The position numbers and the translations under genes were made by a program. A stretch of 25,232 nucleotides of DNA, taken from NCBI GenBank assembly GCA_030266365.1, contig JAJDHV010000020.1, positions 1-25,232 of the forward strand, read 5' to 3'. Origin of the DNA: Synergistaceae bacterium OttesenSCG-928-I11 (lineage in GTDB: Bacteria > Synergistota > Synergistia > Synergistales > Synergistaceae). Position 1 is the stretch's first letter; every line of letters begins with the position of its first letter. Below are positions 8,091-14,934 of the stretch, one piece after another. The notes under the pieces were generated by a model that saw only the letters and a list, made by a program, of their open reading frames with translations, did not search any database and was not told where the DNA came from.

Positions 8091-10258
8091 CAGCTGGCGA
8101 GTGCGTGGGTTGGATCCTGGTCCTCGGTTTTGAATTGCGACAGGTGTTCCTCGAGCGTCTCGGTCCCGGCCGCGAGCGAGCGTGATTCGCGCTCCACGTT
8201 TTCGGAGACGGCGAGCGTCTGGTTGGTCGCGGTACGGATACTGCCGATGGCGTTGCGGATGCCGCTGGTCGACTCCGTCGTCCTGTGGATGATCTCCAGC
8301 ATCTCGTTGGTGCTGGCGGCCTGTTCCTGCGAGGTCGCCGCCACGCCCTGGATGGAGTCGGAGATCGTGCCCAGCTCCTCCTGCGCGCGGCGGAGATTTT
8401 CCGTCGCATGTTCCGCCTCGCTCTGAACGTCGCGCAGTGCGTCGCGGATGTTGGCGAAGACCTCCTGCGAGTTCCCCGTCTCCTGATCCAGCGAGGTCAC
8501 CAGTTCCGATATCTTCTTCGCCGCGGCGTTGGAGTCCTCGGCCAGTTTGCGCACTTCCTCGGCGACGACGGCGAAACCTCGCCCGGCTTCCCCGGCCCTC
8601 GCCGCTTCGATCGCCGCGTTCAGCGCCAGCAGGTTCGTCTGCTCGGCGATGCCGGAGATTGCGCTGACGAAGCCGGTGATCATACCGACCGAGGAGGAGA
8701 GGCTGTCGATGCTCTGGTCGCAGGCGGTCGTCTGTTCGGCGACCAGAGCGATTTTTTGCACGACCATCTCCACGTCGCGGACGGCGTCTTTGTTCAGGCG
8801 GTCCGTCTGCGCCGCGCGCTCGGCAACATTCGTGATCAACTCGGCGGCGTTGGCGGTTGCTTCGGTGATGCTCTGGGCGCCGGCGTCGATCTGCTGAATG
8901 TCGCGATCGTTGCTCTCGGAGAGGTCGTGCACGTTCTCCACCGCGGCCAGCACGGTCTGGACGTTGGCCAGCGATTCCTGCGACAAGCCGGCGAGCGTGG
9001 CGGAGGAGTGGCTGAAATTTCGCGCCTCCTCGCCGAGCGCGGCTACGGTATTGTTCAGGGAACCCTTTAGGTCGCGGATGGCTCTGCTCATGTCCCCAAT
9101 CTCGTCCGACGCCCCTTCGTAACGCGAGAGGACGTCCTTGTTTCCCGTGCCGCCGGCCGTGAGGTCGAGTTCGCCGAATCGCTTGAGGATCTCAGAGGTC
9201 GTCGTGATCGGCCGCACGATGCGGCGCACCATGATCGTCAGCACGACGCCGAGAATGGACAGTCCTGCCAGCGAAGCCAGCACGATGCGCCAGACCAGCG
9301 CCGAGCGCTCCCGATCGGCGATGATCGACGGCACGGAGAGCGAGAAGGACCAGGGCTTGCCCGTGTCCCCGATCTTGACCGGCTGGTGGCAGAAGGCGGT
9401 ATTTCCTCGCCCGTCCGGTGCGGGAATGACGAAGTACGTGGAGCCCCCCTCCTGGATCATCCGCATTGTCTCGTCGGTGTTGCTCGCCCCTAGCTCGCGG
9501 TAGTTTTTGCCGATGAACGACTTGTCGAAGCGGCTGACGATCACGCCGTCGTTGGAGAAGAGCGTGGCCCGGCCCCCCTCCGGAAGCTGAAACGACGAGA
9601 CGATGCGGTCGAGCAGCGCCAGCGAGAGGTCGATACCGGCAACCCCGATCCGTTTGTTGCCCCGCTCGATCGGGATGCCGATAGTGGTGACGAGCACATT
9701 GTCGCTGGGGTTGCCCGTGTAACTGTAGAGGAAGGGCTCGATGAGCGTCTCCGCCCCGCCCCTCAGCGCTTCGTGATACCAGTCGAACATTGCCACGTCT
9801 CTCTCGCTGATGTTCTCCGTGGTCTGCGTGATCGTGTTCCCGTTGCGGCTGAAGATGCCGATCATCCGACCGGCCTCGTTGTAGCCGTTCCTTCCAGCAT
9901 AGTCCCGGTCCAGGCCGTCGAAGGCGTCCGCTTCGTAGACGACCCAGGCGGAGGTGATGTCGGGCATGTTGATGAGGAAGTTCTTTGTGATTTGCAGCAG
10001 CTCGTCGCGCGCGCCTTCCTGATGTGGATCGAGGCTGCTCACCACGGAGGCGAACGTCCGCAGCGCTCCGATGGACGTGTTGAGGGTGGCCTCCACCATG
10101 TTGCTCGCCGAGGCCGCATTCGCCCGCACCGACTCTTCGGCAGCCCTGGCGCTCGACTGCGATACCTGAAGAACGATCAGCAGGCTCATTATGACGAAGA
10201 CAGACAACGCCACACCCAATACGCCCAACAACATTTTCTTCTGCATGTTCAATCTCAT
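8090..10258 (-). CDS. methyl-accepting chemotaxis protein with extracytoplasmic dCache-type sensor domain
   Basis: N-terminal TM helix, an extracytoplasmic domain of about 250 aa, a second TM helix, HAMP, then the MCP signalling domain ([31 protein letters not shown]). The start is set at ATG 10258 (MRLNMQKK) because GGGTGG lies 5 nt upstream. The track GTG at 10267 is less likely. The 9192..10280 ORF is an off-frame artifact. Confidence 0.9.
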   Translation of the reverse strand: MRLNMQKKMLLGVLGVALSVFVIMSLLIVLQVSQSSARAAEESVRANAASASNMVEATLNTSIGALRTFASVVSSLDPHQEGARDELLQITKNFLINMPDITSAWVVYEADAFDGLDRDYAGRNGYNEAGRMIGIFSRNGNTITQTTENISERDVAMFDWYHEALRGGAETLIEPFLYSYTGNPSDNVLVTTIGIPIERGNKRIGVAGIDLSLALLDRIVSSFQLPEGGRATLFSNDGVIVSRFDKSFIGKNYRELGASNTDETMRMIQEGGSTYFVIPAPDGRGNTAFCHQPVKIGDTGKPWSFSLSVPSIIADRERSALVWRIVLASLAGLSILGVVLTIMVRRIVRPITTTSEILKRFGELDLTAGGTGNKDVLSRYEGASDEIGDMSRAIRDLKGSLNNTVAALGEEARNFSHSSATLAGLSQESLANVQTVLAAVENVHDLSESNDRDIQQIDAGAQSITEATANAAELITNVAERAAQTDRLNKDAVRDVEMVVQKIALVAEQTTACDQSIDSLSSSVGMITGFVSAISGIAEQTNLLALNAAIEAARAGEAGRGFAVVAEEVRKLAEDSNAAAKKISELVTSLDQETGNSQEVFANIRDALRDVQSEAEHATENLRRAQEELGTISDSIQGVAATSQEQAASTNEMLEIIHRTTESTSGIRNAIGSIRTATNQTLAVSENVERESRSLAAGTETLEEHLSQFKTEDQDPTHALAS

Positions 10259-10562
10259 ATTCGCCACCCTTTCGGATCATCGTGGCCCTCGCGCGCTTCG
10301 ATACGCCCGACCGGTTTCGGTTTCGGAAGCGGTTCCGGCATTATGTTTCGGCGCTTAGCATAACTGTTTGTGAAGGCATAAAAAAGGTATTTTTCTCTGG
10401 TTGAAAATCGCGCTGGCTACTGAAAATGTCACATTCTGGCATTCGCGCATAAAGTTACTCTTGACATGACGGAGTTTGCTGCTAGTGAGGAAGCGGCTTT
10501 CAGGGTAGAAGGAGCCCAGCGTGGGAAACTTTATGACAGAAGGAGTGTTTGTTTATACAAAG

Positions 10563-10602
10563 CAGGCGGGCGTTTGTTTGACAAACGCCCGCCTGTTTTT
10601 AT
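10563..10602. terminator. hairpin CAGGCGGGCGTTTG / CAAACGCCCGCCTG with TTTTTAT on plus strand and CTTTGTATAAA on minus strand
   Basis: Perfect 14-bp stem lying 19 nt after the rsgA stop (minus strand). The better U-tract faces the plus strand, where no coding gene ends. Confidence 0.6.
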
Positions 10603-10620
10603 CGATTTGCGCAAGGCCAT

Positions 10621-11715
10621 TCAGTCCGGAAATCCCTTGCGCTTCTTGTTTTTCTCCCGCGCAAACTTGCGCGCGTTCTTCATGCCGCCCACAAAGGCGA
10701 ACATTTCGTTGAGCTTCTTCGTCTCGATCTCCCTGGAGCTGAGGCCCTCGTACGACGCCTCTTTCCCGAGTTTTTGCCAGCTCTGGAAACGCTCAATCGA
10801 GAGCGCGCCTTCGTCGATCGCCCTGCGCACGGCGCAGCCCGGCTCTTTTGTGTGGCTGCAATCGTGAAACCGGCACGCGGACGCAAGTTCGTCGATGTCC
10901 GCAAAGGTCCTGGAGACGTTCGCGCGCTCCAGGCCGAGCTCCCGCATCCCCGGCGTGTCGATGAGCATGCCGCCGCCCTCCAATGGGATCAGTTCGCGCC
11001 TCGTGGTCGTGTGTCTCCCCTTGTCGTCGTTTCTCAGCCCTTTCGTGTCCTGTCTGTCCGCGCCGAGAAGACAGTTGATGAGGGTCGATTTGCCGACGCC
11101 GGAGGATCCGATGAAAGCGACCGTATGCCCCTCTTCGATATGGCGTTCGAGTGCGCGGCAGCCGTCCGCCTGCAATGCCGAGGTGACGTGGACATCCACG
11201 CCGATCGCGACCGCGTTCACCTCGCGAAGCCGCGCCTCCACATCGTCGCACAGATCCGATTTCGTCAACACGACGACGGGCGCAGCACCGCTGTCCCAGG
11301 CGATCGAAAGATAACGTTCCAGCCTGCGCAGGTTGAAGTCGTTGTTCAGCGACATGCAGATGAAGACCGTGTCGATATTGCTTGCCACAACCTGCTCGTC
11401 GTTTGACGTTCCCGCCGCTTTCCGGATGAACGCGCTCTTTCTCGGCAACACGTGGTGAATGATGGCGTTCCCGTTTGCATCCGTATCCCGGTCGAGCATG
11501 ACGAAATCGCCGACCGCCGGAAAATCCGACGCCGCCTTCGCTTCGAAGCGAAATTTTCCGGAGACCTCCGCCATCAGCTCTCCCTTTTGGCTCATGACGG
11601 TGTACAAATCCTTATACTGGGAAAAAACCCGCCCGACGAAAAGTCCCTCGTGTGTGGCGGCCTCCGCGGCGAGGCGATCCGTAAGTCCCAGTTTCTTCAT
11701 ATCTGTTCGATTCAA
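10621..11715 (-). CDS. rsgA: ribosome small-subunit biogenesis GTPase RsgA (YjeQ/YloQ)
   Basis: N-terminal OB-fold, circularly permuted GTPase motifs (VVVLTKSDL ... FIGSSGVGKSTLIN ... DTPG), and the zinc-finger CRFHDCSHTKEPGCAV. TTG start at 11715 has AGGAGGG 7 nt upstream. There is an unusual extra basic C-terminal tail of about 45 aa. Confidence 0.85.
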   Translation of the reverse strand: MNRTDMKKLGLTDRLAAEAATHEGLFVGRVFSQYKDLYTVMSQKGELMAEVSGKFRFEAKAASDFPAVGDFVMLDRDTDANGNAIIHHVLPRKSAFIRKAAGTSNDEQVVASNIDTVFICMSLNNDFNLRRLERYLSIAWDSGAAPVVVLTKSDLCDDVEARLREVNAVAIGVDVHVTSALQADGCRALERHIEEGHTVAFIGSSGVGKSTLINCLLGADRQDTKGLRNDDKGRHTTTRRELIPLEGGGMLIDTPGMRELGLERANVSRTFADIDELASACRFHDCSHTKEPGCAVRRAIDEGALSIERFQSWQKLGKEASYEGLSSREIETKKLNEMFAFVGGMKNARKFAREKNKKRKGFPD

Positions 11716-11993
11716 TGTTCTGCCCTCCTGTGAGTTATCGAAATAACCGATGGGAGGTTCGTGCCATCAGACGCCGCAAACCTCCCGGCTTGCCGCAATC
11801 CTCGTTGTACCGAACTGACACATCAACATGCATCTCCTTCTTGGTTGAAATACAAAAAACGACCACCCCAAGCATCGTGGGCACCTGGCCCACTATAACA
11901 CAACGATGCAATACGAGTATAGAAAAGCAAGGTTCGGGTGTAAATATATAAACAAATTAATTGGATGTTATTAAATGTATTGGCATAGAGCAC

Positions 11994-12020
11994 AAGTATG
12001 CGCTTTTTTGACGTATACTT
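11994..12020. promoter_or_regulatory. copy B of conserved 27-nt element AAGTATGC-gcttttttgac-GTATACTT
   Basis: Matches copy A at 25 of 27 positions, including the spacer. Flanking bases are also shared (caAGTATGC ... ACTTTtATAgA). It lies 64 nt upstream of the Crp-family regulator start, next to an unusually AT-rich stretch (11940-11990). Confidence 0.55.
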
Positions 12021-12083
12021 TTATAGATTGAAATCGCTGGCCAACGCCACTCGATAGAATAAATATGAAGCGAGGTAATTCTT

Positions 12084-12806
12084 TTGCTTGACGCCAAAGA
12101 CATCGAACTGCTTAAAGCGACGTTCCCCTTTTGGGACAAACTGTCCGATGACGAAGCCAACCTGCTTCTCTCGGGCACAAAACCCGTTTTGTACAAACAA
12201 GGCGGCCATATTCACAGCCCGGCAAACGAGTGTGTCGGGGTTCTGCTCGTGAAAAGCGGCGAGCTTCGTACCTATATATTGTCGAAGGGCGGAAAGGAGA
12301 TCACCCTGTTCCGCCTGAGCAAAGGCGAAGTCTGTGTATTGTCGGCATCCTGCCTGATCAGCAGCATCACCTTCGACGTCTTTATCGACGCGCAGCAGGA
12401 CATGCAAGTGCTGCACATCGACTCCGCAGTTTTTTCCCAGCTCCAAGCGGGCAACCTCCATGTGGAGAACTTTGCCCTCAAGGTGGCGGCAAATCGATTC
12501 TCCGACGTCGTGTGGGCCATGGAGCAAATTTTATTCATGAGCTTTGACGTCCGTCTTGCCGTTTTTCTCCTCGAAGAAACATCGAAAAACGGCACCGACA
12601 ACCTCATGCTCACCCACGAACAGATTGCAAAATATATCGGCAGCGCGCGCGAGGTCGTCTCCCGGATGCTCAAATATTTTGCAAACGAAGGAATCGTCCG
12701 GCTGCATCGCGGCAGCGTGGAGATCGTCGATAAGCATGCCTTGAAGAAACTGGTGCAGTCAAAGGCAAATGAGCGCAGGAATAATCAGGAAGCATCGCCT
12801 TCCTGA
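12084..12806 (+). CDS. Crp/Fnr-family transcriptional regulator (cNMP-binding domain + C-terminal HTH with R-E-x-x-x-R recognition helix; no Fnr-type N-terminal Cys cluster)
   Basis: cNMP-binding beta-roll (GELRTYILSKGGKEITLFRLSKGEVCV) and HTH EQIAKYIGSAREVVSRMLKYFANEGIV. TTG start at 12084 as in the track; a GAGGT RBS lies 8 nt upstream. The nearby ATG at 12065 is out of frame. Confidence 0.85.
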   Translation: MLDAKDIELLKATFPFWDKLSDDEANLLLSGTKPVLYKQGGHIHSPANECVGVLLVKSGELRTYILSKGGKEITLFRLSKGEVCVLSASCLISSITFDVFIDAQQDMQVLHIDSAVFSQLQAGNLHVENFALKVAANRFSDVVWAMEQILFMSFDVRLAVFLLEETSKNGTDNLMLTHEQIAKYIGSAREVVSRMLKYFANEGIVRLHRGSVEIVDKHALKKLVQSKANERRNNQEASPS

Positions 12807-13363
12807 TTGTCGTATTTCAGCTTGCAGATCATCTGCGTCATCGTTCCCATCGGACAAATCACGCACCAGGAGCGCGGGCGAAAGAAGACCATAAAAATCA
12901 TGCCGATCAGAACCGACGTCAGCATCAGGCTGTAAAACCCAAACGCGAACTGCGCGACCCACGGCGTCACGATTCCGTCCGCATACGCCCACTGCCAGGG
13001 CAGCCTGAATGTCCAGAACAACGTGATCATTTCAATTAAATTATGTACCCCAGAAAACACCAGGTATGTGCTGAAGAGCATGTTGCCGAACATGGCCATA
13101 AAAAAAGCCAGAAAGCCGTACCGAAACCACTTGCTGTACAAAAAATTCGGCATCTTGTTGTTCAACGAGAACTTTGACCCCAAAAGCGCGAACAGTTGCC
13201 CACGCCCGCAGTAATCGTTGCAGTATCCCTTCGTCCCCTTGATGATGGATATGAGCAGGGGAATCATAAAACAGAACACCCCAAGCCAGGCAAAGAGGAT
13301 ATTGACAAACCCCAGAACGATATAGAGCGAGGAGGTGATCCAAAGATAATCGTACCATTTCCC
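12785..13363 (-). CDS. integral membrane protein of unknown function with Cys motifs (CNDYCGRG; CVICPMG), co-operonic with ferredoxin
   Basis: The track ORF 12785..13567 is a read-through fusion; its first about 65 residues are an off-frame translation of the ferredoxin gene. The real start is probably GTG 13363 (VIKGKWYDY...), with GGAGG 10 nt upstream. The protein has about five hydrophobic helices. Its 3' end overlaps the convergent crp-like gene by 22 nt. Confidence 0.55.
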   Translation of the reverse strand, partial: GKWYDYLWITSSLYIVLGFVNILFAWLGVFCFMIPLLISIIKGTKGYCNDYCGRGQLFALLGSKFSLNNKMPNFLYSKWFRYGFLAFFMAMFGNMLFSTYLVFSGVHNLIEMITLFWTFRLPWQWAYADGIVTPWVAQFAFGFYSLMLTSVLIGMIFMVFFRPRSWCVICPMGTMTQMICKLKYDNQEGDAS

Positions 13364-13368
13364 CTTGA

Positions 13369-13560
13369 TCACTTTTCCCCAACCTCCAACCGGATCAGGC
13401 AGGCTGGGCACGCTTTGACGCACTTGCCGCACCCGACACATCCCGCTTGGTCGACAACAGCCGTAACGCCCCTGTCGATGAAGATCGCGGATTTGGGGCA
13501 GACCTTTACGCATGTACCACACGCAACACAGTGTCGCGTGTCGACGACCGCTTTTTTCAT
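13369..13560 (-). CDS. 2x[4Fe-4S] ferredoxin (63 aa)
   Basis: CVACGTCVKVCP and CVGCGKCVKACP, two CxxCxxCxxxCP motifs. GGAG RBS lies just upstream of ATG 13560. Confidence 0.85.
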   Translation of the reverse strand: MKKAVVDTRHCVACGTCVKVCPKSAIFIDRGVTAVVDQAGCVGCGKCVKACPACLIRLEVGEK

Positions 13561-13592
13561 GAGGCACGCTCCTTCACATCAATGACTTCATC

Positions 13593-13633
13593 ATAATATG
13601 TGAAAATTTAGTGTGCTTCAGTGACCTGGTCAC
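13593..13633 (-). promoter_or_regulatory. conserved promoter/operator module, copy F (minus strand): palindrome GTGACCAGGTCAC (13633-13621), -35 CTGAAG (13621-13616), 17-nt spacer, -10 TATTAT (13598-13593)
   Basis: About 58 nt are shared at about 80% identity with 14764..14818, in the same orientation relative to the downstream gene. The predicted TSS near 13586 gives a 26-nt leader to the ferredoxin ATG. Confidence 0.55.
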
Positions 13634-13679
13634 GCCCGCGAGCAAACTGTTGGAGATGGCGGACGGAAAAACATGCGGT

Positions 13680-13946
13680 TTATTCTGTGTTCACATCGAC
13701 ACGAAACACGTTTATGACATCGGGATCGGGGCAACAGACGCGGATATCTCCGTGCTCTTTGCAAGGCGGCAATTGTCCGCCATACCTCAGGATATTGATG
13801 TAGGGAAACAACACATGCATCGCCATGGGGCAGAGTTTGCCGCGGTCTTCGTCAAAATCGAAAATTTCGCCGACCCTGTGCCCTCGGTGGCAACCATGTT
13901 TCCCCATCCGTTCGACCAGTTCGATTTTTATTTTTGGCTTTTTCAT
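13680..13946 (-). CDS. small Cys-rich protein of unknown function (88 aa; probably TIGR04076-like; paralog of 7207..7521)
   Basis: MKKPKIKIELVERMGKHGCHRGHRVGEIF...CPMAMHVLFPYINILRYGG...CCPDPDVINVFRVD. It shares its architecture with the 7207..7521 protein. AAGAGG RBS sits in the 13-nt gap after the HD-GYP gene, so the two are co-transcribed. Confidence 0.65.
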   Translation of the reverse strand: MKKPKIKIELVERMGKHGCHRGHRVGEIFDFDEDRGKLCPMAMHVLFPYINILRYGGQLPPCKEHGDIRVCCPDPDVINVFRVDVNTE

Positions 13947-13959
13947 CGAACGCCGCCTC

Positions 13960-14640
13960 TTATCGATACAAGGGCAACGATTGCAAATTTATTTTTTCGG
14001 ACAGCGCCTTCTCGTGCTCCGCTTCTTTGCGGCGTTTGCAAATTTCGCAATTGCACTCCAATGCCTCCAAAAAGTCCTCATCGTAGCTCAACAGGGTTTG
14101 CACGACATTTGCGTCTAGCTGTGTCCCGGCGGCTTCTTTCAATATTCGAATCGTATCCTGTATGGATTTTGCCGGGCGATATGCGCGGTAGGTTCGCAAT
14201 GCCGAAAAAGTGTCCGCCACGGCGATAATTCTGGAAGCAAGCGGTATGCCGTCTCCCGACAAACCGTGATAACCTTTGCCATCCATACGTTCGTGATGAT
14301 AAAGAATCCAGTCGCCGATATCCTCAAACATCGTACCTTGAAGTAGGTTGCACCCACTCACAGGATGCTGCCGAATAATTTCCCACTCTTCATCGGAGAG
14401 GGAGCAGTCTTTGTTCAAGACGTTTTCCGGGACCAATATTTTGCCGATATCGTGAAGCAACGCCGCATGAGCAAGTTTTTCCCTGTCGATGGGAAAATGT
14501 CCAGCCTCAAAAATCGCCTCCGTAACGACATAGACATGGTGAGAGTGTCCCTGCGTATATTCATCGCGCGCGCCGATGATGTTGGTGCAAATTTTCAGGA
14601 TTTCGCTGCCCTGTTGCCGATCCATATTCGTTTGGCTCAT
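13960..14640 (-). CDS. stand-alone HD-GYP-type phosphohydrolase (variant motif HHERMDGKGYH)
   Basis: HD domain (ALLHDIGK ... HHERMDGKGYHGL ... VADTFSALRTYRAYR) with His in place of the Pro of GYP. AGGAGAG RBS lies 9 nt upstream of ATG 14640. Confidence 0.8.
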   Translation of the reverse strand: MSQTNMDRQQGSEILKICTNIIGARDEYTQGHSHHVYVVTEAIFEAGHFPIDREKLAHAALLHDIGKILVPENVLNKDCSLSDEEWEIIRQHPVSGCNLLQGTMFEDIGDWILYHHERMDGKGYHGLSGDGIPLASRIIAVADTFSALRTYRAYRPAKSIQDTIRILKEAAGTQLDANVVQTLLSYDEDFLEALECNCEICKRRKEAEHEKALSEKINLQSLPLYR

Positions 14641-14763
14641 TGCATCAATCTCTCCTGTGGCGAGAATTCACGTATCATTTGCGTTTAATTATATGCCATA
14701 AACAAACCGCCGATGTGACATATATCGCGCCGCTTTCTTTGGATCGGCTGTCCATTGCTTTGC

Positions 14764-14804
14764 TGTGACCAAGTCACTGAAGTTCGCGGGATTTTCACAT
14801 ATGA
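14764..14804 (+). promoter_or_regulatory. conserved promoter/operator module, copy C (plus strand): palindrome GTGACCAAGTCAC (14764-14776), -35 CTGAAG (14776-14781), 17-nt spacer, -10 TATGAT (14799-14804)
   Basis: Duplicate of the 13593..13633 module. The predicted TSS near 14811 gives a leader of about 123 nt to the CoADR ATG. The palindrome centre is about 41 bp upstream of the TSS, a class-II-activator-type position. Confidence 0.55.
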
Positions 14805-14834
14805 TGAAACCATTGATATGGAACGGGTTTTGTG

Positions 14835-14901
14835 ATGGAAACGTCGTTTTCAGCAGTTCGATATCCTTGGCGTCTAACAGGAAAATCACCTCATTCTGCA
14901 T
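14835..14901 (-). pseudogene. inverted duplicate of the crp-family gene 5' end (RBS region + first about 22 codons), embedded in CoADR leader
   Basis: Minus-strand sequence atgcagaatgaggtgattttcctgttagacgccaaggatatcgaactgctgaaaacgacgtttcc aligns at about 80% with 12064..12131 (atgaagcgaggtaattcttttgcttgacgccaaagacatcgaactgcttaaagcgacgttccc). It encodes MQNEVIFLLDAKDIELLKTTFP, against Crp MLDAKDIELLKATFP. The 70-codon ORF that follows (to 14689) has no SD and loses similarity. Confidence 0.4.
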
Positions 14902-14934
14902 TTTACTATACTCTGGTAACGGGAGGAATGAAGC

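Noticed and set aside
9192-10280. 362-aa minus ORF inside the MCP gene
   Set aside because: Alternative frame of the MCP gene; R/G/H-rich with no motifs. The MCP frame is continuous and carries the signalling-domain signature.
10380-10450. Sigma-D-like promoter (TAAG-N15-GCCGGAAC) upstream of the MCP gene
   Set aside because: Only 5 of 8 positions match the GCCGATAT -10 and the -35 is poor. Too weak to report.
10466-10867. 133-aa plus ORF overlapping rsgA 3' end
   Set aside because: Mostly antisense to rsgA. No RBS and no recognisable domain.
12028-12060. TTGAAA ... TAGAAT as crp promoter
   Set aside because: The spacer is 21 nt, too long for a sigma-A promoter. The crp promoter is not confidently located.
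12785-13567. Single 260-aa ORF spanning ferredoxin and membrane-protein region
   Set aside because: Its N-terminal about 65 aa are an out-of-frame read of the ferredoxin gene (13369..13560). Split into ferredoxin plus a GTG-started membrane protein (12785..13363).
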